Counted from the first letter of the stretch, positions 1 through 13,724 are shown. The stretch: 64,000 nucleotides of DNA from Chiloscyllium plagiosum (GCF_004010195.1 NC_057751.1:18073325-18137324); one strand, 5' to 3'. Translations and numbers: made by a program. Notes: generated by a model not told the origin, from the letters alone.

Positions 1-1181
1 GCCTGGATTAAACAAAAAACAAATTCAAATTCGGCCAATCAGTTTAAAATACGCCCCAAGATACAAAACTCCAATCAAATTTGAATATGCTGTTTAGACA
101 ATATTGAAACCTATGAAATGATCCGATGTTTTGGCTTTTAAATATCAGTTACACAGAGCGTCAAAGTGCGAGATAGATAACTGCTAAAAGAACAACAGAT
201 GTTGGCTGCTAGTAACAACACTCTGAAATGCACGTGCCTGGAGAAGGAGTTTGCACAGAAAAAGAAATAACATCGAATTTTTAGCGTTCATTAGCAGAGG
301 GATTGAATTCAAGAGTCGTGAAGTGATGTTGCAGCTGTACAGGACCTTTGTTAGGCCACATTTGGAGTACTGTGTGCAGTTCTGGTCGCCTCACTTTAGG
401 AAAGATGTGGAAGCTTTGGAGAGGGTGCAGAGAACATTTACCAGGATGTCGCCTGGAATGGAGAATAGGTCGTACGAGGATAGGTTGAGAGTGCTAGGCC
501 TTTTCTCATTGGAACGGAGAAGGATGAGGGGTGACTTGATAGTGGTTTATACGATGATCAGAGGAATAGATAGAATAGACAGTCAGAAACTTTTCCCCCG
601 GGTACAACAGAGTGTTACAAGGGGACATAAATTTAAGGTGATGGGTGGAAGGTATAGGGGGAATGTCAGGGGTAGGTTCTTTACCCAGAGAGTGGTGGGG
701 GCATGGAATGCGCTGCCTGTGGGAGTGGCAGAGTCAGAATCATTGGTGACCTTTAAGTGGCAATTGGATAGGTACATGGATGGGTGTTTAAGCTAGGATA
801 AATGTTCGGCACAACATCGTGGGCCGAAGTGCCTGTTCTGTGCTGTATTGTTCTATGTTCTATTTTCTAAGAGAAAATCTACACAGGAATGCACAAAGAG
901 AAGATTCGAAGTTTTGTTTTATGATTTTTGGGTAAATCTTAATCGGAGGCTTTATTGGACCTGCACAGTAGAGGGGAAGGTAAAAGGTTTAGAGAAAGGA
1001 TTTGTAAATAGTTGTTAGTTAATTATTCGTTGTTAGAGTTCTTAACTTTTGTTAGATTTTGCTTTAAATAGTGATTTTTGGGGTAGTTCCTTCCGTCTTG
1101 AATTTTAACAGACCACTATGGGGTAACTCTTTTCTGTGTTGCTGCTTTAAATTAGTAGATGGCTTACGCCATGTCGCAACA
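1..1181 (+). mobile_element. Gypsy (Gmr1-like) LTR, 5' part off-window, interrupted by a CR1 fragment; probably a solo LTR
   Basis: 1-135 matches the reverse complement of 6150-6290. It ends ...ctgtgttgctgctttaaattagtagatggcttacgccatgtcgcaaCA, like the reverse complement of the 5701 LTR end. No primer-binding site (PBS) or gag follows. Confidence 0.7.
281..862 (+). mobile_element. 5'-truncated CR1 LINE (ORF2 C-terminus and 3' UTR)
   Basis: Translates to LYRTFVRPHLEYCVQFWSPHFRKDVEALERVQR...RFFTQRVVGAWNALP. Has a (TTCTATG)n-type tail. Nearly identical to about 15914-16500. Confidence 0.95.
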
Positions 1182-2330
1182 AATCTCACCTTAAAATTAT
1201 GCCCACTAGTTCTGGACTCACTTGTCTTGGCAATATTCACTGAATCCATGTTTCACGTGATTTTATAAATCTCTAGCAGATCTGCGCTCAGCCTGCTATG
1301 CTGCTGGAAAACAAGCCTGACCTCTTAAGAAGAAAGAACAATTCCGCACAGGAAAAGACTCTTAGGCCCTCGAAACCTGTGCCAACATATTTTTCCCTTT
1401 CATGTTAAAACTGCGTTCACTTTCAGGATCTGTATCACATTATTCCCTTCCAAATCATATATATATATATATATATACATAGCTGTGTCTTGAATGTTCG
1501 TGTGGTGTCATCTCTGGCAGACATTCGGGGCACCCACACTTTGTATGGAACATTTGCCTGGCACATTTGTTTTCGATATCTTGCCCACACTTTGAACTTA
1601 TCTCTTTTCGTACTTCACCTCTCCACTCTATCCGTGCTAGTCGTGAACCTATGAACTTCTGTCAGGTTGCCCCCCCCCCCCCCCCCAGCTTCTTGTGTTC
1701 CAATGAAAACAGACTCAATCAACCCAACTTTCTGGTAAAATCATAGAGTCTTAGCTTCGTATAACACTGAAGTGGATGTTTCGGTCCAGCCAGTCGATGC
1801 CGACTCTAATCCTAAACTAAACTCATCCCACCTGCCTGTTCCTAGCCCATGTCCTTCGACACCTTTCCTAATCCTGTAGCTAATCAAATGCCTATGAAGC
1901 ATAATAATTTTACCAACATCCACCACTTTGTTGGGAGATCATTCCACATTCCGACCATCCTCTGTGTAAGTAATGATCCTTTCGTGTCATTTTGACAAAT
2001 CTCTTTTCATCTTAAAAACGTTTCACCTAGTCTTAAACTCAGCCAATCAGAGTGAAGAGACGGATGCCACTAACTCTGTCTGTGACTGTCATTATTGTCC
2101 CAACTTCTATCACGTTGTCTCTCAGTCTCCTGCACTCCAGTGGAAAAAGGTTCATGCCTGTCCATTCTTGCATTTTTCCACAAACCTTTTATAGCTGACA
2201 ACATGGTAGTGTGTCTCTACTGAACACTCTTCAGCTTAATAATATCCTTCCAATAATTGGGTAATCAGTACTGGAAAAAGAATTCCAGGAGAGTTCTCAT
2301 CAATTTCCTGATCAATGTTCTGAACAAGCT
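1182..2330 (-). mobile_element. Several old, degenerate CR1 3' fragments
   Basis: Reverse-strand CR1 3' UTR and ORF2-end motifs, e.g. tcatagagtc...ttcggtccagccagtcgatgccgac at 1741 and ctagttctggactc at 1206. Confidence 0.6.
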
Positions 2331-2804
2331 CAACCTAGCTGTACTGTGCAACTTGAGGTTTAACAAAACTATTAAAACTATTAAAATGCATTCAAGAAAC
2401 CATTTCGAAGCCTGTACCTCGGAGTCCAAAAATGCAGGAATCCTGGGCATAGAAAATGGAAATGAGCTTGGAAAGGTGAATGACAATACAGAAGATGTAT
2501 ATATTGGGATAATAATCACAACTCAGTTTGATTTGGGACAGTTGGGGCAAAATATACAAATACGATAAGAATGAAAGTTATAAGCTCTGAGAAGGGTATT
2601 TTTCAAAAAGAAATATCGCTCGTACACTAAGGCCAGTGGCGTTTGTGCCCAAATTTATTACCTGTTCCATGTTATATTGTAAAAGCCCACCCGTTTCAGA
2701 ATAATACTGCAACTTGAATGCAAAGTTAAGGTACTAACATGGAACAAGGGATAACAGTCAAGTGCTGCCTTGAGAATCTGCCTTTTATCAAGAGATGTTC
2801 TGCA

Positions 2805-2954
2805 GGAGACAGGACTGCAGACGCTAGAGATCGGAGTCGAGTATATGGTGCTGGAAAAGCACAGTAGTTCAGACATATAAGGGCTTATGACCGAAGCGTC
2901 GCATCTCCGGCTCCTCGGATGCTGTCTGACCTGCTGGGCTATGCTTTCGACGAC
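2805..2954. mobile_element. Short self-complementary Penelope-derived insert with an 11-bp TSD
   Basis: ggactgcagacgctagagatc...gtgctggaaaagcacag...gggcttatgaccgaagcgtc...ggatgctgtctgacctgctg, flanked by gatgttctgca at 2794-2804 and 2955-2965. It sits inside a decayed CR1 RT segment. Confidence 0.7.
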
Positions 2955-3439
2955 GATGTTCTGCACGGCTCAGTGCCGGACTCCATTATGTTTGTTTTGT
3001 ACATTAAACAGTTGGATTTGGACTTGGGAGCATAACTGGGATATTTGCAGATAATGAAAAATCTAGCCATGCAGTGAATGTTATAGAAAACATTTGTCAG
3101 TCCAAAATGATTTGGATGGTTTAATGGAGTGAGCAGGATAGTTTCAGATAGTGTTTAACTCTGATAAATGAGAGTTTATAAATGAAGGTAGACCAATCAG
3201 TGAAAGATAATGAACATGAATGGGATTACAGTGAGACAGGTAAATGAAGTGTGATGTCTTGTTGTGGAAACACAAAGATGTAAACGGAACCAATGCATAG
3301 AGATAATGTTGTGAAGAAGACACATAGAATGCTCTCCTTCATTGACAGAAGTATAGATTATAAAATAGGAGATATAATTTTGCGTCAAGAAAGGGATAGT
3401 AGGGTGAAGAAAGCCTAATTGACCAGGGATGTTGAACAT

Positions 3440-4430
3440 CTAGTCAAAAGGGAGAACTAAGTTCACCTGAGGTTGAGGAAGCAAAGGTCAGACAGGACTC
3501 AAGTAGGTAACAAGGCAGACAGGAAGGGACTGAAAATGCACTTAGGAGAGCAAAGAAAATCGCATGAAAAGCTTTAAGAGTAGAATTAAGGAAAACAATA
3601 AGGCATTCTACAGTTATGTGAGCAATAAGAAGAGAGCGGAGGAAACTGTCCCTCGAGTCTGAGGAGATATGGTCCGTCCTGAATGAATACATTGCTTCAG
3701 TATTTACTCCGGAGAGAGTCCATGACGTTTGTGAGAACAGCGTGAAACAGATTGATTAAGGAAGAGGATGTCCTGAAAATGTTGAAAAACATAAGGATCG
3801 GTAAGTACCTGGACCAGACGTGACATAAACTGGGTTACGTCAGAAAACGAGAGAAGAGATTGTTGCATCCTGGCTGTTTACTGAAGATGTGCCAGATGAC
3901 TGGAGGGTCACAACTGCTATTCCTTTGTTGATTAAAGGGAATAGGAATAATTCTGATGTCAAGTGTTGGAGAAGGCTCTGCGAAACAAAAATTTATGATC
4001 ATTTGGAAAAGCATAACTCGATTAGAGATAGCATGGCTTTGCGAAGGATAGGACATGCCTTACAAGTCTTATTGAATTCCTTGACCATGTGACAAAACAC
4101 ATTGGTGAAGGTAGAGCAGTGTATGTGATGCACCTGGTTTTGAGCAACGTGTTCAATAGGTTTCCCCATGCTGGGTTCATTCCGAAACTAATGAGACATA
4201 AGTTACATGGTAATTTGCATTTCTGGGTTGAGAATCGGCTGGACCATGGGCAACAGAGGACGGTAGCAGATGAAGAGTATTTAGCGGGGAGATCGGCGAC
4301 AATTTGTGTTCCTCGCGGATCTGTTCCGGGCCCTCTACTCTTTGGAATCTTTGTAAATGTCTTGCACGACGAGATGGGAGGGTGGATTAGTAACTTTCCC
4401 AATGACACGGAAGTTAGTTGTGTAGGATAA
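3440..4430 (+). mobile_element. Degenerate CR1 ORF2 (RT) fragment
   Basis: PDDWRVTTAIPL, TKHIGEGRAVYVMHLVLSNVFNRFPH, VPRGSVPGPLLF, ISNFPNDT (decayed FADDT). Confidence 0.85.
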
Positions 4431-4464
4431 AACGACACACACACAAGCATGGTCTCTCCTTAGT

Positions 4465-4783
4465 GGGCGGCACGGTGGCACAGTGGTTAGCACTGATGCC
4501 TCGCAGCGCCTGAGATCCGGGTTCAATTCCCGCCTCAGGCGACTGACTGTGTGGAGTTTGCACGTTCTCCCCGTGTCTGCGTGGGTTTCCTCCGGGTGCT
4601 CCGGTTTCCTCCCACAGTCCAAAGATGTGCAGGTCAGGTGAATTGGCCATGCTAAATTGCCCGTAGTGTTACGTAAGGGGTAAATGTAGGGGTATGGGTG
4701 GGTGGCGCTTCGGCGGGGCGGTGTGGACTTGTTGGGCCGAAGGGCCTGTTTCCACACTGTAAGTAATCTAATCTAATCTAATC
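4465..4783 (+). mobile_element. HE1-type tRNA-derived V-SINE
   Basis: A box (tggcacagtgg), B box (ggttcaattcc), V-domain tgtgtggagtttgcacgttctccccgtgtctgcgtgggtttcctccgggtgctccggtttcctcccacagtccaaagatgtgcag, CR1-like 3' end and (AATCT)n tail. Confidence 0.92.
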
Positions 4784-5355
4784 CTTCTCTCTTACACACA
4801 CGCACACACGCAGACATGGTCACTCTCTATCTCTTGCATGCATAAGCACAGGTTTGGTCTGTCCTTTTCTCTTACATGCATGAACACGCATTCATGGTCT
4901 CTCTTTCACATACACACACCCCTCTCTTTCGCTTTCTCTCTCTCCTTCTATCTGTCTACATATATCATACACACACACACACAGAGACACGCACAAACGT
5001 AAACACACACACATACAAACACAGACACACACACAGAGCCATGGTCTCTCTATCACTCACACACGCAGCAAGACATCTTTCACATCATACACACATGCGC
5101 GCATTTGAGCACACACACACACACACACAGGGTCTTTCACTGTCTCACATGCGCACATGCACACACACAATGTCTCTCTCTCACACACACACATACACAA
5201 ACACATGCACACACACACAGGCATCTTCTCTCTCTCTTTTCAGGCACACGCACACACGAGCATGCTCTCTCTCTCTCTGTCTTGCACGCACACACACAGA
5301 CTTGGTGTCTCCTTTTCACTTAAATGCACGAACATACGCATACATGCTCTATCTA

Positions 5356-5433
<78 letters not shown>
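4784..5433. repeat. Compound (CA)n/(CT)n low-complexity tract ending in a (TGTC)n(TATC)n microsatellite
   Basis: Directly visible. A catggtctctct motif recurs, and the TATC array lies at about 5349-5433. Confidence 0.95.
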
Positions 5434-5434
<1 letters not shown>

Positions 5435-5700
5435 GGGAGGTGAAGAACTGCAATGTCTGCTGGGAGGGAAAGACTTAGACAAGAACAATCTGCAGTGGGA
5501 AGTAAATGAGGAACATTGACCTGAGGCCTGTTCAGTGGGGCCCCATATGATTTGTGATTTTTCTTGTACTTTGAGGTATCACTTATTCGGAGATCACTTT
5601 TTTTAGGAGTTTAAGTGGACTGTGCACTGTAATTTTTAAAACAGATTTGGAAGCCTGGGGTTAAAGTAACCTTAGGCCATGTCAATTCCCATTGAGCAAG

Positions 5701-6405
5701 TGTTTCGACACGAGGTATAGCCCTCTGCTAAATTTGCACCAGCAATACAGAAAAGCGTTCTCCCATGCGATAATTTGTGAAATTTCGAGAGGCCAAAACT
5801 TATCTAAGGTAAAAATTAGCAACTATATTTCTCAGGTATAACAGAGAATAATTAGCTCACAATTATTTACAACTCCTTCCTCTAACATATATTTTACTTT
5901 CCCTTCAATAAGTCCAGTCTGATAAAACCCCCGATTAAGAATTACTGAAAAATTCAAATTTCAAACCCAGCCAATGGTCGAATCTCTTTTTTTGCAGGTT
6001 TGCTTTCCAGGTTGGCGTCGATGACTTTGTCTGTGTAAACGCCTTCTCTAGACAGATACCTCTCAGATAGTTCTGACTGGCAGTCTACATCTGTTGATCT
6101 GTTGGCAGTTCTCCTCTCAAATGTACAATTTCCCCGTCTTACAACCCCAAAGCATCGGATTGTGTCATTGGCTTTTATGATTGTCAATATGCTAAATTCA
6201 AACTTGATTTGAATTTGGTATTTTGGGGGTTATAATTGAAACTGATTGGCCTAATTCGGATCTGTCTTTGTATCCAGACAACCAGCTGTACTAATTGCTG
6301 GACCACAGGCTATGTTGTAGCTTTTTGAGAAAAATTGGTGCTATCAGGTAATTCTGCTAGCTTTTAGTTTTCTTGATGGTACAGTACACCCACATCGTCA
6401 TAACA
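5701..6405 (-). repeat. 3' LTR (705 bp)
   Basis: TG..CA termini, adjacent polypurine tract, homologous to 11652-12350. Confidence 0.85.
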
Positions 6406-9400
6406 CCTTCACCCTTAAGAAAAAAATGAACCACCATAATGAAAAGGTGGCTTCATTTTTCTCTAATTTTAAGCACATTATCCTAACAGACAGATAACTT
6501 TAATCTAAGTTCACCTTAACGTCTTCCCATGTAACTGCCTGTATGTATATAACATCAAATAAAGACAAATCTCATCTAAATTTTGTCAGTTACATCTGCC
6601 ATAATGCATCTGCAATTACATTCTTACGTCCTTCAACATGTACAATTTTTAAATTAAAGAAATCGTCCCATATTCTTGTCTTTAAAGCGTTCTAAGAAGA
6701 TAAATAAATGGTGATCCCGTGTGAACAACCTTCTCTGACACATTGTTCGTGGCATACACAATAAAATGTAATAAGGCCAATGCAAATCTCAATAGTTCTT
6801 TTTCAACTCTGGAATATTTCCTCTGGTGAATGTTGATCATCTTCAAAAGGTAACCAACAGGCAGTTTAATCTCATCCTCATATTCCTGTAGATGTGCAGT
6901 TCCAACTCCTATGTCACTAGCCTCGATGGCAACTTTAAAAGGTTTTGAAAAGTTTGGTGTAACTAAAACAGGTTCGGTAGTTCATGTGGCTTGCAAGTGG
7001 TCGAATGCCACCTGGCATTATTCTGTACACAGAGACTTTGTGATCCACTTCAGCAAATTGGTTCCCGTTGATATTATAATGTTGAAGTTTGGAACAACAT
7101 TCCAATAGAATCTGCTGAGTCCTAAGAGTCGAAGCAATTCTCTCTTCGAAGGTGCTTGTAGAAATTCCTCAATGGCCTTTGTCTTTGCATTCCGTTCCCT
7201 GCAAGAAACTTTCACAATCCATGTTATGTCTCAAGAACGCCACCTCTGCATTCGCATTTTATTTAAGTTAATCAACAGTTTTGTTTCTCGCAGTCAATGC
7301 AAGAGCTCTGTCAACTGCACCATGTGATCTTTCCAGAAATTACTAAAGATCACGACATCGCCCAAATAAACAACACAGTTTGTTAACCAATCCACAGCAC
7401 TGTTCATGGATCTTTGGATTGTGGTGGGTGCGTTCTTCATTCCAAAGGGCATCACTTGAAACTGATATCGCCCATTTGGGGTTACTAATGCAGAAATTTC
7501 TTCCCCTTCTCTGATAAATTTACTTTACCAGTCGCCACGCATTAAGTCAAAACTTGTGATGTTACTGGCTTGACCGACTTTCTCGAGAGTCCTTCAGTCT
7601 AGGAATTGGGTATGGGTCCGAATTTTTAATGGCATTGACCTTCCAATGACCCACGTAGAATCGTTGAATCTTGTCAGTTTGGGAACTAAGACGATTGGCA
7701 AACTCCATTCGCTCCAGGTTGTTTTGATGATGTCCTCGTTGAGCATGGCCTGAACCTCCATCTGGACCTGTCAGACGTTTGGAGGGATTAAGTTGTGAGC
7801 TGTGTTGTTTTATTGGAGGGCTATTCCCTACATCTACTTCATATATAAGAGCATTGTCCTCCCCATCTGATTTTTATATACGGCCTCATACTGCAATAAC
7901 AAATCTTTCAACAGCGTTCTCTGCTCCTGAGATATATAGCTTACTAAACTAACCCAGTATTCATAATTAAAACTATTTAGAGGGACCTCAAAATCCACAT
8001 CGTCTGGATTTAATTCCTCATTCTGCAGGGCTGTAACTCACACCACTTCTCCAGTTCTTTGTCATTACTCCAATATATTTTCAACGTATTCACATGGCAT
8101 ATCCAATATCTTCTTTTTTTTCTATGTGGCATCTTTACGAAGTTGTTAATCTGATTCAATTTTTCTCAATTTGATGGGGACCTCGAAACCTGACTTTAAA
8201 GTGATCTACTATCACTGATGACAGTACCAACACGTCATCCCCTCACAGTGTTTTTATCTGCCACCTGCTTCTTTCTACACTGTGCCCTCTTAAGCTGTTT
8301 AGCTTCCACACGTACTCTACTTAACCCCTCCTGCACCTCCAGTATATAATCTGAGTGAGAGATCTCTGACTTCGGTACTGCCAATGTTTCTTTAATTAAT
8401 TTCATAGGACCTCTCACTTCATGCCCGAATATTAACTCAATGCGTGTGAATTGAGTAGATTAGTTTGCAGCATCTGTAATGGTGAACAATACGTATGGGA
8501 TGTCTTTATGTCATTCATTCGAGTACTCCTAACAGGGTGCACTCAAAGTGGTCTTTAAGTATAATGCAAACTCTCTAAAGCTCCGTGGGATTCAGAATAA
8601 TATACACTGGATTTAAAGTGTTGTAGACTTCAGCATTGCGTATCCGCCTTAAAGAGTCCAGCTGCAAAATTTGACTTCTGGTTCGACTGGATAGTCCATG
8701 TCATGTGAAGAAAGCTACTAACTTCTCTACTACCCTTTTTGCCTTGATACCCCGTAATGGAATTACCTCAAGAAATCTGGTAGACACATCCATTATGGTT
8801 AACAAGTACTGGTTCCCATTTTTTAGCTCTTGGGAGGGTACCTACACAATCAATTATAATCCACGTGAAAGGTTGTTGAAATGGGTGAATTGGCAGCAAC
8901 GTTTCTGGTTTTATTAAGGACTGTGGCTCACCTACCATTTGGAATGTATGCAACTTACAGCAAAAGACAACCACATTCTTGTGCATTCCAGACTAATATA
9001 AGTGTTTTTGTATTTTAGCCTGAGTCTTTCATACCCCTAGGTGACCTCCTACATGTGTTCCCCGTACCATCTCCTGTCTTCGGCCGATGTCTCCTCTGCA
9101 CTAAAGTGCCGTGATCTCCATTTCCACCTTCGGATTCTGTCTTTCAGATAATAACCCTACGAAATGTTTTCAGTCTCCTTTTCAGAGTACACATCCACGT
9201 ATATATCTTTTATTATCTTTTCATGCTGTTGCAAGTCTCTTAGACTTTCAGGAGTAAACACTTCTGCCTGTTCAGTGTATTTTTTCCTGCACCATTGCGT
9301 CAAACAGGGTGTCCGTGAACTGAACTGAACCTCAACTCCTTCATCTTACTCTTTAATTTTCGCTTCGTGCTATGATTTATGACAGTGGGTTCTGCTTACC

Positions 9401-10562
9401 ATACAGTCTGGGACAATACCAGAGTATTATTGTTTTAACTCCTGAGTTTCTCGGTGTTCCTTGGGTTTCTCCATAATAAGGGGTACCACTTCCACCTTTG
9501 ATCCTGCCAAATAATTCCCAAGAATAATGTGAATTGCTGATAATGAAACTGTGACAATCACTGCCACTATAAATTCGCCAGTCTTGAGTTCGCACTCCAA
9601 CCTGATTCTACATAGGCTAACGCTAAATTTCTGTCCATCGATCCCACATATTATCACACTCCCGGTAACAGATTAGAAAGAGTGCATATCTGCTCATCTC
9701 TTTCGATCAGCGAAAGGTTAAATCCTTAAATCTCAAAATTTGAACTTCTTGTTCTTCTCCCCCGTTCTTTCTGAGTAAAACTTAAACACAGAGGCGAATT
9801 ATTTGTAGTGATCTGGTACTAACTCCGTACCCAGCCCCCGCGAAGGCTGTGCATTATCCTGGAGCTCCTCAGCTTTTCTTGGTGTCTCCTCTGCGACATT
9901 CACTCATGCCACTGAGTTAGCTTCTTTTACCACATCTTTTCCCACAGCGCCTGTCTTAAACGATCAGCACTGTGAGTTTACCAGTACCTCCTTTCAACTC
10001 TCTTGGGATATTTTTTATCCTGTGGTAAAGTCTTACCAGTGCTCTCTAATCCTTCTTTCACAGAGTAGGATCTGTCTTTCTCCCAGCTTCTATCTCTCGC
10101 AGGACAAAATTCTGGCCAGACGTTTGTCTAATGAACCAACATAAACTCGTCTGCTCATCCTGCTGCATTTCTCACTTCCCGAAAATTCTGTTCTTCCACG
10201 TGAATTCTTACCATCTCTGGAAGTGAGTTTTTATAAACTCCTCCAGCAGATTAATCTCTCTTCGAGCCTCAAAGGTATTATCAATTTTCAAACATGCAAA
10301 CAATCTATCAAAATGACTGTTTAATTCTTACGAACTCAGCATAAGTCTGACCTTTTTTGCTTTGTATTTCTAATCCACTGTCTATAGCCTTCTTATACCA
10401 ATTCATAAGCACTTAAAATAGCCAGTTTAATCTGTTCATAATCTCTTTACACCTTATCTGGCATTGCGACAAATACCTCACTAGCTCTGCTTACCAGTTT
10501 AGTCTGAACTACCATTACCCATAAATATTCAGGCCACTCCATCACCCGAGCCAATTTTTCAA

Positions 10563-10881
10563 CAGACTACAGATTTTACAGATTACATTACAGTGTGGAA
10601 ACAGGCCCTTCGGCCCAATAAGTCCACACCGGCCCGCCGAAACGCAACCCACCCATACCCCTTCATTTACCCCTTACATAACACTACGGGCCATTTAGCA
10701 TGGCCAATTCACCTGACCTGCACATCTTTGGACTGTGGCAGGAAACCGGAGCACCCGGAGGAAACTCACGCAGACACAGGGAGAATGTGCAAACTCCACA
10801 CAGTCAGTCACCTGAGGCAGGAATTGAACCCGGGTCTCTGGCGCTGTGAGCAGTGCTTACCACTGTGCCACCGTGCCGCCC
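10563..10881 (-). mobile_element. HE1-type V-SINE inserted in the Gmr1 gag
   Basis: Reverse complement of the 4465 element, with a (TAATCTG)-like tail. It splits the gag motif FLISF|EKLAR. Confidence 0.92.
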
Positions 10882-11651
10882 AAATGAAATCAGAAAGGCT
10901 TCAAGTGCTTTCTCAACTAAATTTGGCAGAGTCTTGACATATATGCATATATCACTCGGTTCTCTTTTATTTTCCAACCTGTTAACTTGAATTTGTTGAC
11001 TAACTTCTCAAGTTCAAATTCTCTCTCTTCATATCTCTCCCTTTCTTCTCTGTCTCTCTCTCTTTGATCAGCTAAGAACTTTATCTCTCTATTATCCTCC
11101 TCACTGTCTCTCGTTCCTCTCTCTTTTTCCCTCTCTCTCTCCGCTCCATGTTTTTTCTTCCTCTCTTCTCTCTACCTTTCTCTTTCTTCTCGCTTTCTTT
11201 TCTCTCTCTCTCTCTCTTTTATCTTCTAACTCCATTTTCCTCAACTGTAATTTAAGATTTTCTACCTCTCGTGCACTTGTCTGTTTTCGGACACACCTAT
11301 GTGTTTGAGTAATTTCCTTACCATTTCAGCTTTATTTTCGTCCTTGTTTAATCCCAAGTCTAAATTCTTTGTTCATTCTAAACGTATGACCTCTTTTTCT
11401 TTCGAAACTTCCGAGGCAAACTTAAGAATAATCTTCCAATCCCAGAACGTCTTCAACAACTTTTGAGAATGTTTTCACTTTTATTTTTTTCAACCACGAG
11501 ACACCAAGATTCAACAGGTTGCCTCACCTACATTTTTTTAAAAGTTCGAGAACACTAACCTGCAAGTGTTTAAATCTGCTGGGCTTTTAGTACCCCAAAT
11601 CTATTCAAATCTGTCTGAAACAATTCAGATCACGAAGATGAGACCCCAAAC

Positions 11652-12350
11652 TGTAATGACACGGGATAAACGCTCATGCTTAATTTAAACCAGTAACACA
11701 GAAAAGCTTTATCCCGTGAAGTGTTCTGTGAAAATTCGAGAATCCAATAAGTAATTAAAGTAAATTTTAACAACTTTAGTTCTTGCAGAATAATAGAGAT
11801 TAATTAATTAACCACTATATGAAAGTCCTTCCTCCAGCCGAGCTTTTACATACACCTCTAAAATGCTAGTCCAACAGAACTGTCGATTATGATTTACAAA
11901 ACAAAACATCTCATCTCCAAAACCAGGCAAGGTTCGTGGTTCTCTGCATTTCGGTCTTCTTTTCTTCTTCTTGGTGATTCCTCTTCACAGGTTACTGGTC
12001 GATTCAGAAACCTTTCAGAGACTTACATTTCGGGCAGTCTTTTTACATGATGGTGGCACAGCAGTTCACACCCCAACTGTTCAGGTTTCCCCGCTGCCCC
12101 CAAAGCATCAGATTGTGTAATTGGCTTATAAGTTGTCAATACATTAAATGCAAATTGGATTAGAGTTTTACATTGTTAGGCGTATAATTAAAATTGACTT
12201 GCCTAATACGAATCTATTTTGTTATTTCCAGGCAACCAGCTAAGCAAGGTGAACGATCATTTTTTTTTTGTTCAGAACACTTGGTTCTGTCACTGACTTC
12301 TGTTGCTTTCAACTTACTTAAAGGTACAGCACACCCTCGTCTTCATAACA
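11652..12350 (-). repeat. 5' LTR (699 bp)
   Basis: TG..CA termini, followed on the minus strand by a PBS-like sequence and gag. Confidence 0.85.
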
Positions 12351-12661
12351 CTTACTAATAAGGTCATTGCCAGATGACCCAATGTGTTTTGAAAATTGAT
12401 GACCTCGTGATATTTCGTCACGAGTTGAAAGTAACGTTTTTCTTTTCGCAGTCTGTATTTTTTTCAACTAGGAGCGGGAACCCGGAAGTCGTCAACAGAG
12501 GCTTCTGGGAAGGTAAGAAGTTTGAGTGGAGAAGGAACCCGAGACACTACACGTGTAGTGTTTCCCACCCTCCCTCCTCCTCTAACCTAAAAAAAAAGGA
12601 CTCAGTAGGCCGAACAGGTAAGCTACTTAGTGTTCTTGTTTTGGAGACTAAGTGTAGAGTT

Positions 12662-13595
12662 ATGGCAGCGCAGGCCGTGGAATCTTACTCCAGCAGGATG
12701 TTTGAGGTAGGGGTGACCACCGATGCTCCTGCCGACTTCACCGGCAGGAAGTGCAGCCAGCTCCAGCTCTTCACCGACCGCGTTAGGGAACTGGAGCTGG
12801 AATTGGATGAACTGAGGATTACTCGAGAGGCTGAGAGGGTAATAGATAGAAGCTACAGGGACATAGTTACGCCAGAGAACAGAGGTAGCTGGGTAACAGT
12901 TAGAGGTGGGAAGGGGAGGATGCAGGCAATGCAGGGATCCCCTGTGGTCGTAACCCCTCAACAATAAGTATGCTGCTTTGGATTGCGTTGGGGAGGACGG
13001 CCTAGCAGGGGTAAGCTGCAGTGACCGGGTCTCTGGCACAAGGTCCGGCTCTGGTGCCCAGAAGGGAAAAAGGGAGAGGAGGAGAGCGCTAGTTAAAGGA
13101 GACTCTATATTAGAGGGACAGACAGACAGGCAGTTCTGTGGACATGGGCGAGACTTTCGGATCGTTTATTGCCTCCCGGGTGCCAGGGTCCGAGACGTTT
13201 CGGACCGTGTCTTCAGAATCCTTAAGGGGGAGGGTGTGCAGCCAGAAGTCGTGGTGCACATTGATACCAACGACATAGGAAGGAAGAGGGGTGAGGAGGT
13301 CATTCAGGAGCTCAGGCAGTTAGGCTGGAAGCTAAAAGCTAGGACGGACAGAGTCGTCATCTCTGGGTTGTTGCCGGTGCCACGTGACTGTGAGGCAAGG
13401 AATAGGGAGAGAGTGCAGTTGAACACGTGGCTGCAAACATGGTGTAGAAGGGAGGGCTTCAGGTATTTGGACAATTGCACTGCATTCTGGGGAAGGTGGG
13501 ACCAGTACAAGCAGGACGGGTTGCACCTGAACCAGAAGGGCACCAATATCATGGGAGGTAGGTTTGCTAGCACTCTTCGGGGAGGTTTAAACTAA
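12662..13595 (+). pseudogene. CR1 ORF1: decayed zinc finger/leucine zipper plus SGNH esterase-like domain; frameshift near 12955
   Basis: MAAQAVE...KCSQLQLFTDRVRELELELDELR; GDSIL, LPGARVRDV, VVVHIDTNDI and DGLHLN motifs. Confidence 0.85.
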
Positions 13596-13724
13596 TTTGG
13601 CAGGGGGATGGGATCCGGACTTGTAGTCCAGCAAGTAGGTTAGCTGTTTTTCAGGATGTCCAAGAATGTAGGGAGGCTGTGGAGAAGGTAGCACTGACAG
13701 GGAATACTTGCGGACACAGAGATG

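Larger units (their letters stand above)
5701..12350 (-). mobile_element. Degenerate Gmr1-type Ty3/Gypsy LTR retrotransposon (gag-PR-IN-RT-RH)
   Basis: TG...CA LTRs at 5701-6405 and 11652-12350. PPT aagggtgaagg abuts 6405. Decayed tRNA-Pro-like PBS (tttggggtctcatc) abuts 11652. Gag FLISFEKLAR...WP near 10.5-10.9 kb; integrase GHLGV...IIIDCVGTLP...LTIMDVSTRF near 8.4-9.1 kb; RT MPFGMKNAP...VYLGDVVIF near 7.3-7.8 kb; RNase H KPFKVAIEASDIGVG...KYSRVEKEL near 6.6-6.95 kb. Confidence 0.9.

Noticed and set aside
4465..4540. tRNA-like A and B boxes
   Set aside because: This is the head of a SINE, not a tRNA gene.
4335..4757. Similar ORFs at 4335-4757 and 10593-10937 suggesting a duplicated gene
   Set aside because: Both are antisense readings of HE1 SINE copies.
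4876..5519. His/Thr- and SIYL-rich ORFs
   Set aside because: These are translations of CA/CT and TATC microsatellites.
11020..11250. CT-rich tract as an independent microsatellite or gene
   Set aside because: It is the Glu/Arg-rich coiled-coil region of the minus-strand gag.
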